A DNA stretch of 64,000 nt, from the IMG/VR virus record IMGVR_UViG_3300029319_000012, positions 42,406 to 106,405 of that record; one strand, given 5' to 3'. How positions within the stretch are numbered: the stretch's first letter is position 1; every line of letters starts with the position of its first letter. The translations under genes were made by a program, and so were the position numbers. The notes below the pieces were generated by a model. It was given only the letters and a program-made list of their open reading frames with translations. It was not told the origin of the DNA and searched no databases. Positions 1-8,627 of this stretch are shown piece after piece. This DNA is from a virus.

Positions 1-489
1 GTTATTCATTTACGTGCAGGGGACAGGCTTTTTTATAAGAATGAGTTCGATACAAAGCCAACTGCTGAGCATTTTAAAAATGCAATAAAAAACTTTAATT
101 TTGATGGTTTACATATTGTCTCTGATATGCCAAAATGGGAGCATATAAATACTAAAGATTTAAACCATATGAGTTTTCATTATAATGTACCAAAAAAACA
201 AAGAGTAGAAGCACAAAAATCTGTTGACTACTTTAATTCTCTTGTTGATTGCTTTTCAAAATATAATCCTGTTTTTAAAAAGAGAAGCGTGGCTGATGAT
301 TTTCAGTTTATTAGGGGCTTTAAAAATATTTTATTTCAACACGGCACCATGAGCTGGTGGGCTGCTGCTTTAAGTGAAGCCGAAAGAGTGGGTGTTTACG
401 GTCCCTGGCGTCCATGGAAAGGCGCCTCAAACAAAAATTTAAGCAATGTGCCAATTGATAGTTGGTTTAAGTGGGGTGAGGATGTCTGA
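1..489 (+). CDS. GT11-family (alpha-1,2-fucosyltransferase-like) glycosyltransferase, 5'-truncated
   Basis: Frame is open from base 1. VIHLRAGD matches the GT11 HxRxGD motif and HGTMSWWAAAL matches the GT11 (N)STFSWWAAxL motif. The track start at 127 is internal. Confidence 0.75.
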   Translation, partial: VIHLRAGDRLFYKNEFDTKPTAEHFKNAIKNFNFDGLHIVSDMPKWEHINTKDLNHMSFHYNVPKKQRVEAQKSVDYFNSLVDCFSKYNPVFKKRSVADDFQFIRGFKNILFQHGTMSWWAAALSEAERVGVYGPWRPWKGASNKNLSNVPIDSWFKWGEDV

Positions 490-1360
490 TAAAAAAAGAT
501 GCTTGGTGACAGGACACAAAGGATACATTGGTTCTAAGCTATACAACAAGCTACAAAACATGGGTCATGAGGTTTTAGGGATTGATTTAGTTGATGGCGA
601 TGATCTATGCATGCTTAATTCTAACGATCATGCAAAGTATTTTAATTTTCAACCAGAGTATATATTTCATTTAGCATGCTGGCCACGTGTTGGATTCAGT
701 ATTGAAAACCCTGTAGCAACTATGAAAAATAATGTAATGGCTGGAACAGTCTTATTAGATTATGCAAAAAAAGTGGGCGCCAAAAGAGTTATTTACTCTA
801 GTTCTTCATCGATTCTTGGCAACGGTCAAGGACCTGAAAGTCCATATGCGCTACAAAAAATGGTTACAGAGGTTGAGTGCAAGTTATACGCTTCCCTTTA
901 TGATATTGACACAGTTTCTTTGCGTTATTTTAACGTTTACTCAGAAGATCAACAAGCAGATGGTCCATATGCAACAGCCATATGCAATTGGATGAAGTAT
1001 ATTAAAGAAGATAAAACACCATTTATTACAGGTGATGGAGAGCAGCGACGAGACATGTTGCATGTTGACGATGCTATCTCTGCCAATATATTTGCCATGG
1101 AAAGAGGTGAAAACTTTAATGGCGGCGTATATGATGTTGGTACCGGAAACAACATATCGCTAAACGAAGTAAAGCATATTGTAAATGGCTTCTTCCCTGA
1201 TGTATCTTTTGAATACCGTGACGATAGACCAAATGAAGTTAGAGAAACAAAAGCTTTAATTTATCCATTAAAACAATTAGGTTGGCAAACCAATATTACA
1301 ATTGAATCAGGAATATCTAGTTGTTTTGAAAATCTAAAACAGGAGTTAGAAAATGTATAA
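482..1360 (+). CDS. NAD-dependent nucleotide-sugar epimerase/dehydratase (extended SDR)
   Basis: TGHKGYIG Rossmann motif, IFHLA, YSSSS, catalytic YALQK (YxxxK), LRYFNVY, GDGEQRRD; ATG 482 follows a G-rich RBS-like stretch. Confidence 0.92.
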   Translation: MSDKKRCLVTGHKGYIGSKLYNKLQNMGHEVLGIDLVDGDDLCMLNSNDHAKYFNFQPEYIFHLACWPRVGFSIENPVATMKNNVMAGTVLLDYAKKVGAKRVIYSSSSSILGNGQGPESPYALQKMVTEVECKLYASLYDIDTVSLRYFNVYSEDQQADGPYATAICNWMKYIKEDKTPFITGDGEQRRDMLHVDDAISANIFAMERGENFNGGVYDVGTGNNISLNEVKHIVNGFFPDVSFEYRDDRPNEVRETKALIYPLKQLGWQTNITIESGISSCFENLKQELENV

Positions 1361-1529
1361 ACTATCAGACGAAGCGCTCGGAGCTGTTATGCTCGCGCTA
1401 CAAAATTCATTAATGCATCAAACGGATATTGTCCCAGTTTTAAAGAACTTTGATTTTAAGCCCGATGACAAAAGCGAGCTTTATGTGATGAATCCGCCTA
1501 TTCTTAAAATGGATCATCCAGAAGAATGA
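1353..1529 (+). CDS. Small hypothetical protein, 58 aa (MYKLSDEALGAVMLALQNSL...), absent from the ORF track
   Basis: AGGAG at 1341-1345, ATG 1353, TGA 1527-1529 overlapping the next start; exactly fills the gap between neighbours. Confidence 0.75.
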   Translation: MYKLSDEALGAVMLALQNSLMHQTDIVPVLKNFDFKPDDKSELYVMNPPILKMDHPEE

Positions 1530-1792
1530 TGCCAAAATACATCTATAAGTGTAAAAATTGCGATAGTCTTTTAACTTTTTATCATTCTGTATCTGAAAAC
1601 AGATCAGACTGCACAGAGTGTGGAACAAAAGATATTTTAGTTAAAACACCGCCAAATTTTATGCTGTATAAAGATGTTGATCAAAATAAGAAAGTCGGAG
1701 ATGAAGTTAAAAAATCAATTGAGGACTTTAGATCCGATCTTGAAGATGAGAAGCAGAGGTTAAGAGAGAGTGTTTGGCAACCAGATGATTAA
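1526..1792 (+). CDS. FmdB-family zinc-ribbon protein
   Basis: MPKYIYKCKNC...DCTECG follows the FmdB MPxYxYxCxxC...CxxCG pattern. Confidence 0.75.
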   Translation: MMPKYIYKCKNCDSLLTFYHSVSENRSDCTECGTKDILVKTPPNFMLYKDVDQNKKVGDEVKKSIEDFRSDLEDEKQRLRESVWQPDD

Positions 1793-2177
1793 ATATGGAT
1801 TAGCGGCATCTGTCATTATCAATGCTGTTTTTTTAATGTATGTGCTTGGTGTAGTTTATTTTTTGCTATACGTGAGTGCTTTAATTAATATTTTATTAAT
1901 TGTTTACTGTGTAACTCTTTTAAGAAAAGAAAATAGACTCAGGGATGATGTCATGTCAATTTTTAAGTCTATAGAGGAATTTTCAGATCATTTAGATAAT
2001 TTATATTCTCTAGAGACTTTTTATGGGGATGAAACCATTCAAGGCTTAATCGACCACTCTAGAGGTGTCATTAATGATATTGTCAATATGCAAGAAAAAT
2101 ATTATGATGACGTAGAAGTTGAGGAAATTAAGTATGACGAAGCCCAAGAGGACGCGCCGGAAAAGGACAACGAATAG
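1785..2177 (+). CDS. Hypothetical membrane protein
   Basis: Two N-terminal hydrophobic segments followed by an acidic helical region; ATG 1785 preferred over the track start. Confidence 0.65.
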   Translation: MIKYGLAASVIINAVFLMYVLGVVYFLLYVSALINILLIVYCVTLLRKENRLRDDVMSIFKSIEEFSDHLDNLYSLETFYGDETIQGLIDHSRGVINDIVNMQEKYYDDVEVEEIKYDEAQEDAPEKDNE

Positions 2178-2835
2178 GTACTTTACCAAAGTACATGAAG
2201 ACGCAATAATTAAATATGCTTTAACAGACTCTAGAGCTGTTAGATCTGATTTATATATTGAGTTTATCGAGCCAGCTTTTCACGAGATGGTAGAAAAGAT
2301 TGTTTTTACATATAAGTTTAATAATCTACCAAACATTGATTATTTAAAAGATGATTGTAAAATATGGCTAATGACAATCCTTGATAAGTATGATCCTAAC
2401 AGAAAGTCAAAAGCGTTCTCTTATTTTAGTGTTATTACAAAAAATTGGTTTATTCATAAAGTAAAGCAAAACTCTAAAAAACTTAAAAGAGATCTTAAGT
2501 ATGAAGATCTAACTAAAGAAACAGAGATTAAAGAGTTAATTGTAGAAAATACTTATGAATCTGACAGAGAAGAAAGAGAATTTTGGATGCATCTTTTTCA
2601 AGAGATGGAAAGTTGGGAAAAGCTTAAGCTTAAAGATAATGAGAAAAAAGTACTTGATGCCATAAAAATTCTATTTGACAGCATTGAACAAATTGAGATT
2701 TTTAACAAAAAAGCTATTTACCTATACATGAGAGAAATCACAGGGTTGAATACAAAACAGATTGTCAATAACCTGAATAGAATCAGAAAAAGGTATAGGA
2801 GCTTTGTTGTCGAATGGCAAAAGGGAAACATATAG
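2134..2835 (+). CDS. Phage sigma factor, probably gp55-like late sigma
   Basis: LDKYDPNRKSKAFSYFSVITKNWF resembles sigma region 2 (gp55 xFxYFxxI pattern); C-terminal HTH-like REITGLNTKQI; GAGG upstream of ATG 2134; lies just before the structural block. Confidence 0.7.
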   Translation: MTKPKRTRRKRTTNRYFTKVHEDAIIKYALTDSRAVRSDLYIEFIEPAFHEMVEKIVFTYKFNNLPNIDYLKDDCKIWLMTILDKYDPNRKSKAFSYFSVITKNWFIHKVKQNSKKLKRDLKYEDLTKETEIKELIVENTYESDREEREFWMHLFQEMESWEKLKLKDNEKKVLDAIKILFDSIEQIEIFNKKAIYLYMREITGLNTKQIVNNLNRIRKRYRSFVVEWQKGNI

Positions 2836-3110
2836 ATTCTGACGAATATATCAATGAAGCGATTGATAACGTTAGGAAAGACCGCGCTATGGCTTCGACT
2901 TTGCTTATAGAGGTCATGAAGCTTCTTAAGTCAGATGAAAACAAGCATCAATACTCTGGTCCTGTTGCAGCAAAATATTTAGAAACACTGCAGCGCTCAA
3001 ATGAGCAGCTTGTTAAGCTAGCTTCATTAATGTCAAAAAAAGAAGCAGCAGTGGCAGACATGTCTTCTATTGATAAATCTGACATATATGATATGATCAA
3101 AGAGGATTAG
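2814..3110 (+). CDS. Helical hypothetical protein (weak candidate for small terminase or late co-activator)
   Basis: 98-aa ORF overlapping the sigma gene; function inferred only from size and helical pattern. Confidence 0.55.
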   Translation: MAKGKHIDSDEYINEAIDNVRKDRAMASTLLIEVMKLLKSDENKHQYSGPVAAKYLETLQRSNEQLVKLASLMSKKEAAVADMSSIDKSDIYDMIKED

Positions 3111-3112
3111 AT

Positions 3113-6100
3113 GTGTCAAGAACAGTAGAAAATTGGGATTTTGCCAGGGTTCATGATTTTGGAATGATCAATAAGATCAATTCATCTATTCTAAGGTCCA
3201 GATACAACCCAAGAAACGGCGGCTTTGAAGAAGTTAAAAAGCTAATCAGCAGGCAATATGAATTTAATATTTTGCCTGAGCACCATGGTCCACATTTAGC
3301 AGTTGTCCTTAAAGTGTTAAATGATGGCGCAGACGGCATTTATGCTAGAACAAAAAGCTATAGAAGTTTTTTAAGCGATGATTCGCCCGGCGGGGCAGGT
3401 ACAAATCCAAATTTAGTCTTCAGTGAATTAAATCGATCTTTAGGACCAGACGGCGCAAAGCGCAATTTAACTCGTGTTATAGCAAAAGTGCCTGATTATG
3501 ATATCGACTTGCCATGGCCAGAAACAGCCTTTGATCGCAGAGCCTTAAATCTTCATGGTGAATATTGGGCACAATCAACAGACAAACAGTTTAGTAATCT
3601 AAAAGCCGGTCAAGTAATATTAGTTGTTTTTAATAACACGACAATTCGCTCCGCTGCAGCCGATGGAGAATATTCTGGTTTGATTGTTGGCGTCCCCACT
3701 GCCAGGTTTATGAATAGTCTTGCTTTTGCTTCAAACAATGCGGTCTCTTCATTTGAGCCTGTAAACTGCCCTAGCCCACGGCTTTTAATTGGACCAACTG
3801 GAAAAAAAGTTGTTGTTGAAACAAAATCTGATATGCCTACTAGGTTTTTACAAAATATTAAAAGTAAAATAAAAACAGGTATTTATGGAGATGGCACGAT
3901 ACAAACAAAAACACATTTTTCTAATTGCTTAAGTGCCTTTACAATTTCTCACAAAAACAAAATTAACAGCCCAGCCCCTGGTCCATCAAGTGCTTTTATA
4001 TGGGTTGGGCACCTTAGATCAAATGGACCATTGGATTTGCTTGACAGGGCAATGTCTAAGGGCAGAGAAACAATTATATACGCACCAAGGCACTTTGATA
4101 TTAATGCACCATTTGAGATAAAATATTATCTTCATGATTTTGCTGGTTTTGGTCGAGCATGGATTGAGGGTCCAGATACAGCGATTGATAAAGCTGCCAA
4201 GGCAGACCCTGAGCTTGGCGGTCCTAACGATTTTGTAACAAAAATCGCCCCTGCTATTAATGACATGATTAAAGATAAAAGAAACTTTATTTTAGTCATA
4301 CCAGAACTTATGCATTCTATGGGCTTTGGAACGGGCAATACAGAAACTGGCAGGGTCAGCGCCCTAGCAAACGGTGAACTATTTTCTGATGGCAATCATC
4401 CTTTTAAGCCAGAGTTTATTCCTCAAGAACGCTTGAGGTCAACTCCTCTAATGACGGATCCACAAATGCGGGCTGCAGTGTTTGGGTACTTAAACACAAT
4501 GTCTGCAAAAGTTGGTGAAAAGCTGTCAACAATAACCCTGCTAACAGGACGATCAGTTTCCTCTTTTACAGCTGGCTATACATCTGGAGATTTTCAAAAT
4601 TTTCATTCAGATGTTTTAGAAATATTGGAGCAATATTTAGGGGTAGATTATTCTTTATTAGATTACACACACCTAATCGGAGATAATGCCGGCGCACTTA
4701 CAATAGCCTCAATGGGTTCAACAATAGCTGCCAGCGAAAGCCACAATGCAGGACAAGATTCTTTCAACAGCATGATTGCAGCTGCTAAAGTTAGGAGGAT
4801 TGATTTTATTGACAGAGGCAGTGCCAATCAGACACTTGGCTTGTTTGAAAAAGCACCACCAGTCCAGTTTTATGAAGATTTTTTAAGCAATCTTAGCACG
4901 CCCTTGGAATTTAATTATGTTACTTTTCACAAAGGCGGCTCTTCTGTTGGTGCTTCTAGAACATTTTTCGATTTGTTGCCACCAGAAATTCACGTTAATG
5001 AGTTTTCAACGAATTACACTGCTGGCGTCGATGGCTTTGCTTTTTCTTTGAATAATGGTCCTGGAACTATTAATTTATTATTGCATAAGCCATCCAGCGG
5101 CGCCTCCACAGATGCAGCTACAGGGCTGTGCTTTTCCTATAAAAGTGATAATGACCAGGCGCCAGTTCGTCCAGCTGGTTCTTACACTTATCAACAGCCC
5201 TCAACCACACCAAATCATGCTGGCGCTCTGCAGAGATCATCAGGAAACCGCGAGGTTGCAGAAAGATTAGAAAAAATTACCAATCGAAACGTTATTTTAT
5301 CTTATTTTGAAACAGCGCTGCAGAGAATATCAACTAACGGATTAGCTGCTTTTTGCAACGATGACGAAAGTGTCCCACAAAATCAGTTAGTATATCAAAA
5401 ATATTGCGAAAATGGTATAGTAAATACACAGCAGGGTGGCATTTTTGCGATAGATCATTCATCTTGGATTGAAAATCGGTTTGGTCAATTAAAAGACAAT
5501 TATTTTCTTATTCCATTTTATACACAACTGAGTCAAATAAACTCTGAGGACGATTTCAAAGCACAAATAGAAGAATATAAAGCTGCTCTAGAAGAAGCTA
5601 AAAAAGAAATAAAAGAGTCGCCTGAAATTAACACATCAGTTGTTCCTGCGTTGGCATCGCTTAACGGAGCTACTATAAAAAAACGTTATGATTTATTAAA
5701 AACTTTTAATAAGGATTATTGGACTTCAGGCGGCGCGTATCAGTTTATGCTGGGGGTTGATAGTTTTAACAGTGCAGACGAAGCAACATCGTTATTGGAT
5801 CCAGCCGGCGGTTTTATTGGCGAAGTTTTATACGCTAATGCAAAAGCAGAAGCTTATGAAGAGATGGTTAAAGCTTTGGAGTCAAAAAAAGAAGATTTTG
5901 CAGAGCGCAATAAAGACCAAAGAGTTGCAACCAGTTTTGATTGTAAGCCAAATTCGAAAAGAATCAGCGAGCTGGGCGTTCGTCGACAAGGAAACGAAGG
6001 AAAAGTTGGAGACTCAGTTGATGTAGGCTGTTCTGGTCTTACCGTTCAAACTATTCGCGGAGCTTTTAGAAATACTAGAGATATTGTTTCATTTCTGCCT

Positions 6101-7216
6101 TATACTCCATCCTCTAGCGATTTTGAACCATTTGAAAAAATATCTAACGTAAGAGTTTCAAAAAACAATACTGGCATAAAAGAGAAAATTTCACAAAAAT
6201 ATTCTGAGTTTGGCAAAACTGCAGAGGCTGCAGATTTTAAAGGAATAGAAACAATTGTTAGAGTTAAAGATAACGCACAAGGAAGAATAGGAGCTGGATC
6301 TAAACGAAGTGTAAAAGTGTTTGGCTGCATAGCAAGATTAATTTCTGAATCTTGGGCAGAGGCTACTAGGCGATCTGGCTACTTGCCGTTCAGAGCTGTT
6401 AATGGGCTGGTGGGCGATCTTGGCGTTGAAGGAATAACTGCGTATTCAAGGGGCGTTTCCCCTTTTGCTTACGGGCTAGCTATAACAATTGATCCTTTTT
6501 TATGCCTTAGCGTGTCACCTGAAAATATGACTAATTCAATATGGACTGGTGCTTGGACTCCAAGCTTAACAAGCACAAAGGTGGTGGTTGAGCAGTTAAT
6601 GGAGTACGGTGTTTTTAAAACAGCTTCTGTTGATAATTTTAGAAAACTAGCTTTCACAAATGTTGCATCAAGGCAACTACGAGATGTTGGGGCACTCAAT
6701 CAAGCTTTTGTTGAAGGTGCCTATAACGTAGATATTGATGATATTAACAAATTGATGCAGCTAGCAAATGATAATAGTATTGGCGCTTATGGCAAGATAT
6801 CAAGAGATGCCGCAGGCTCATCAATTTGTCCTGTGATGGCAAATCCAACCAAGTGGATGGTTGAGTTTTGTGAAAGAAGTGGGATGAGATGGTACAATTC
6901 TTTCTTTTTAAAGAAAAGATGGAATCAAGGATCAAAAAAATGGATTGATATTCAAGCTGGGACGGCAAATGATTTTACCAGCAGAGAAAAAAACTTTTTA
7001 AGTAGAGTGTATGATATTCCAAATATCGTTGAAAGAGTTAGAGCTGTATCTGTTGATTTTAGAAAACCATATCATAGAATAGATAAGCATGCTCAATTCA
7101 TGTTTACGGATTTAAGAACACCATATATTCCATTTTCAGAAATTGTGCAAGCTAAGAATGCGGTTGATGCTATGGCACGTGCCTTCGCTGCACGAGATCG
7201 CGCGTTAGCAGATTGA
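3113..7216 (+). CDS. 1367-aa baseplate-hub-associated protein: gp5-like OB-fold N-terminus, degenerate alpha/beta-hydrolase and degenerate M15 peptidase-like regions
   Basis: GTG start after GAGGA; HLAVVLKV / RVIAKVP / LKAGQVILVVF resemble OB-fold strands; LIGDNAGA at the GxSxG position; GVSPFAYGLAITIDP at the SxHxxGxAxDI position. Confidence 0.55.
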   Translation: MSRTVENWDFARVHDFGMINKINSSILRSRYNPRNGGFEEVKKLISRQYEFNILPEHHGPHLAVVLKVLNDGADGIYARTKSYRSFLSDDSPGGAGTNPNLVFSELNRSLGPDGAKRNLTRVIAKVPDYDIDLPWPETAFDRRALNLHGEYWAQSTDKQFSNLKAGQVILVVFNNTTIRSAAADGEYSGLIVGVPTARFMNSLAFASNNAVSSFEPVNCPSPRLLIGPTGKKVVVETKSDMPTRFLQNIKSKIKTGIYGDGTIQTKTHFSNCLSAFTISHKNKINSPAPGPSSAFIWVGHLRSNGPLDLLDRAMSKGRETIIYAPRHFDINAPFEIKYYLHDFAGFGRAWIEGPDTAIDKAAKADPELGGPNDFVTKIAPAINDMIKDKRNFILVIPELMHSMGFGTGNTETGRVSALANGELFSDGNHPFKPEFIPQERLRSTPLMTDPQMRAAVFGYLNTMSAKVGEKLSTITLLTGRSVSSFTAGYTSGDFQNFHSDVLEILEQYLGVDYSLLDYTHLIGDNAGALTIASMGSTIAASESHNAGQDSFNSMIAAAKVRRIDFIDRGSANQTLGLFEKAPPVQFYEDFLSNLSTPLEFNYVTFHKGGSSVGASRTFFDLLPPEIHVNEFSTNYTAGVDGFAFSLNNGPGTINLLLHKPSSGASTDAATGLCFSYKSDNDQAPVRPAGSYTYQQPSTTPNHAGALQRSSGNREVAERLEKITNRNVILSYFETALQRISTNGLAAFCNDDESVPQNQLVYQKYCENGIVNTQQGGIFAIDHSSWIENRFGQLKDNYFLIPFYTQLSQINSEDDFKAQIEEYKAALEEAKKEIKESPEINTSVVPALASLNGATIKKRYDLLKTFNKDYWTSGGAYQFMLGVDSFNSADEATSLLDPAGGFIGEVLYANAKAEAYEEMVKALESKKEDFAERNKDQRVATSFDCKPNSKRISELGVRRQGNEGKVGDSVDVGCSGLTVQTIRGAFRNTRDIVSFLPYTPSSSDFEPFEKISNVRVSKNNTGIKEKISQKYSEFGKTAEAADFKGIETIVRVKDNAQGRIGAGSKRSVKVFGCIARLISESWAEATRRSGYLPFRAVNGLVGDLGVEGITAYSRGVSPFAYGLAITIDPFLCLSVSPENMTNSIWTGAWTPSLTSTKVVVEQLMEYGVFKTASVDNFRKLAFTNVASRQLRDVGALNQAFVEGAYNVDIDDINKLMQLANDNSIGAYGKISRDAAGSSICPVMANPTKWMVEFCERSGMRWYNSFFLKKRWNQGSKKWIDIQAGTANDFTSREKNFLSRVYDIPNIVERVRAVSVDFRKPYHRIDKHAQFMFTDLRTPYIPFSEIVQAKNAVDAMARAFAARDRALAD

Positions 7217-7220
7217 TCAT

Positions 7221-7249
7221 TTTACAATAATTTTTTCATAGGATATAAT
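7221..7249 (+). promoter_or_regulatory. Sigma70-type promoter
   Basis: TTTACA (7221-7226), 17-nt spacer, TATAAT (7244-7249) in a 40-nt intergenic gap; ATG is 7 nt downstream. Confidence 0.7.
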
Positions 7250-7256
7250 AAACAGC

Positions 7257-8615
7257 ATGCCCTCTAACATATCAATAACACAGGCGCAAAAGTCATCAGC
7301 TGATGGTCCAGTTTCTGTAACAAGAGTTTCAGTGACAGACGCTAGCGGACAACCAACTGCAGCTTTGACTACAACTTCAAAACAAAAAGCAGACAAGTTT
7401 GTTAATGAACAGCTTGATAAACATCCAGATGCTACAATAAACAATACACCCGCTGATGAATATAAACAAGAATCTGAGGCAAATCAAAATTTACCACAGA
7501 TATCACCCCCGCCTGCACCAGCACCAGCTCCTGAGCAAGGTCTAGGCGAAGAGAGCATATATGATGAAGCGCAAGGATCGTTCCCCGGTCCCCGTGGCGA
7601 AGAAACTACAAGACCGCCTGCGCTCACAAAACAAACAAGATTTACTGCTGGTGTGCATCCAGACAGACTTCAAAGCTATGACAGATTAACTGAGGCAGAA
7701 AAAGTTAAGTTTGGGGTAAATGGTGCATGCGGAAATATAAAAATGCAACCAAAATGCCATAGACCAAAAGCATTTAATGAAGAGGTCTTTAGAAACCCTG
7801 ATGGGAATGCGTTTATTGTTCTTGGAAGCGACCGCCCCGGTCGAAAACACACAGGCTATGGAGGCGCCGCTCATACTCAAACAGATGCAATTGATATATG
7901 TGTTGGCTTAGGAGGACCTAATCCGTATGAATACAGAAAGGCATATAATTCTGAAACGCGCAAAATGGAATATAAACTAAAAGAAACAAACCCTAATTTT
8001 TTTGAGGATGCTGCAAGAATTTATTTAAGCCAAAAAACTGATGTTGACAGAAACTTTGGTCTAAGACAATTTAAAGGAAAATCAAACGATTATGATGCAC
8101 CAGCCGGCGCAACTGGCGCTAAGTCTGCTATCGGAGTAAAAGCAGATCATATTAGAGTTATTGGGCGTGAGACAATTGATATTGTAACAGGCACCGACAG
8201 TAAAAATTCTGCAGGTGGTGATATAAATGGTGAAAAAACTGGCATCAATATTGTTGCCAATAATCAATATGATACCTTGCAACCAATGGTGCTAGGAACA
8301 AATGCAACATTGGCTTTTGACAGTCTGGCAGATAAAGTTGCAGAGCTAGCTACAATTGTTGAGGCATTTACAGAGTATCAGCTAGAGTACAATAATGTAA
8401 TTGCTACACACGACCATATCTCGCCTTTTTTTGGAATTCCAACAACCCAATCTAAACAATTGTTACAGTCAATATTTAGCACAACTTTTAAATTTTTTAA
8501 CAATACTAAAATGAGCATAATCAAGCATTTAACAAATTTATCTGGGTTTAAATCAAAATATTTGCGAGACAGTGGTAAATACTTTATACAAAGCGATAAT
8601 AATAAAACAAATTAA
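7257..8615 (+). CDS. Putative baseplate central spike (gp5 C-terminal / gpV-like) with HxH tip
   Basis: Beta-strand repeats (SAIGVKADHIRVIGRETIDIVTG), QPMVLG, and THDH near the C-terminus, like the metal-binding HxH apex of P2 gpV-type spikes; baseplate context. Confidence 0.6.
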   Translation: MPSNISITQAQKSSADGPVSVTRVSVTDASGQPTAALTTTSKQKADKFVNEQLDKHPDATINNTPADEYKQESEANQNLPQISPPPAPAPAPEQGLGEESIYDEAQGSFPGPRGEETTRPPALTKQTRFTAGVHPDRLQSYDRLTEAEKVKFGVNGACGNIKMQPKCHRPKAFNEEVFRNPDGNAFIVLGSDRPGRKHTGYGGAAHTQTDAIDICVGLGGPNPYEYRKAYNSETRKMEYKLKETNPNFFEDAARIYLSQKTDVDRNFGLRQFKGKSNDYDAPAGATGAKSAIGVKADHIRVIGRETIDIVTGTDSKNSAGGDINGEKTGINIVANNQYDTLQPMVLGTNATLAFDSLADKVAELATIVEAFTEYQLEYNNVIATHDHISPFFGIPTTQSKQLLQSIFSTTFKFFNNTKMSIIKHLTNLSGFKSKYLRDSGKYFIQSDNNKTN

Positions 8616-8627
8616 TCAGGAACATTC

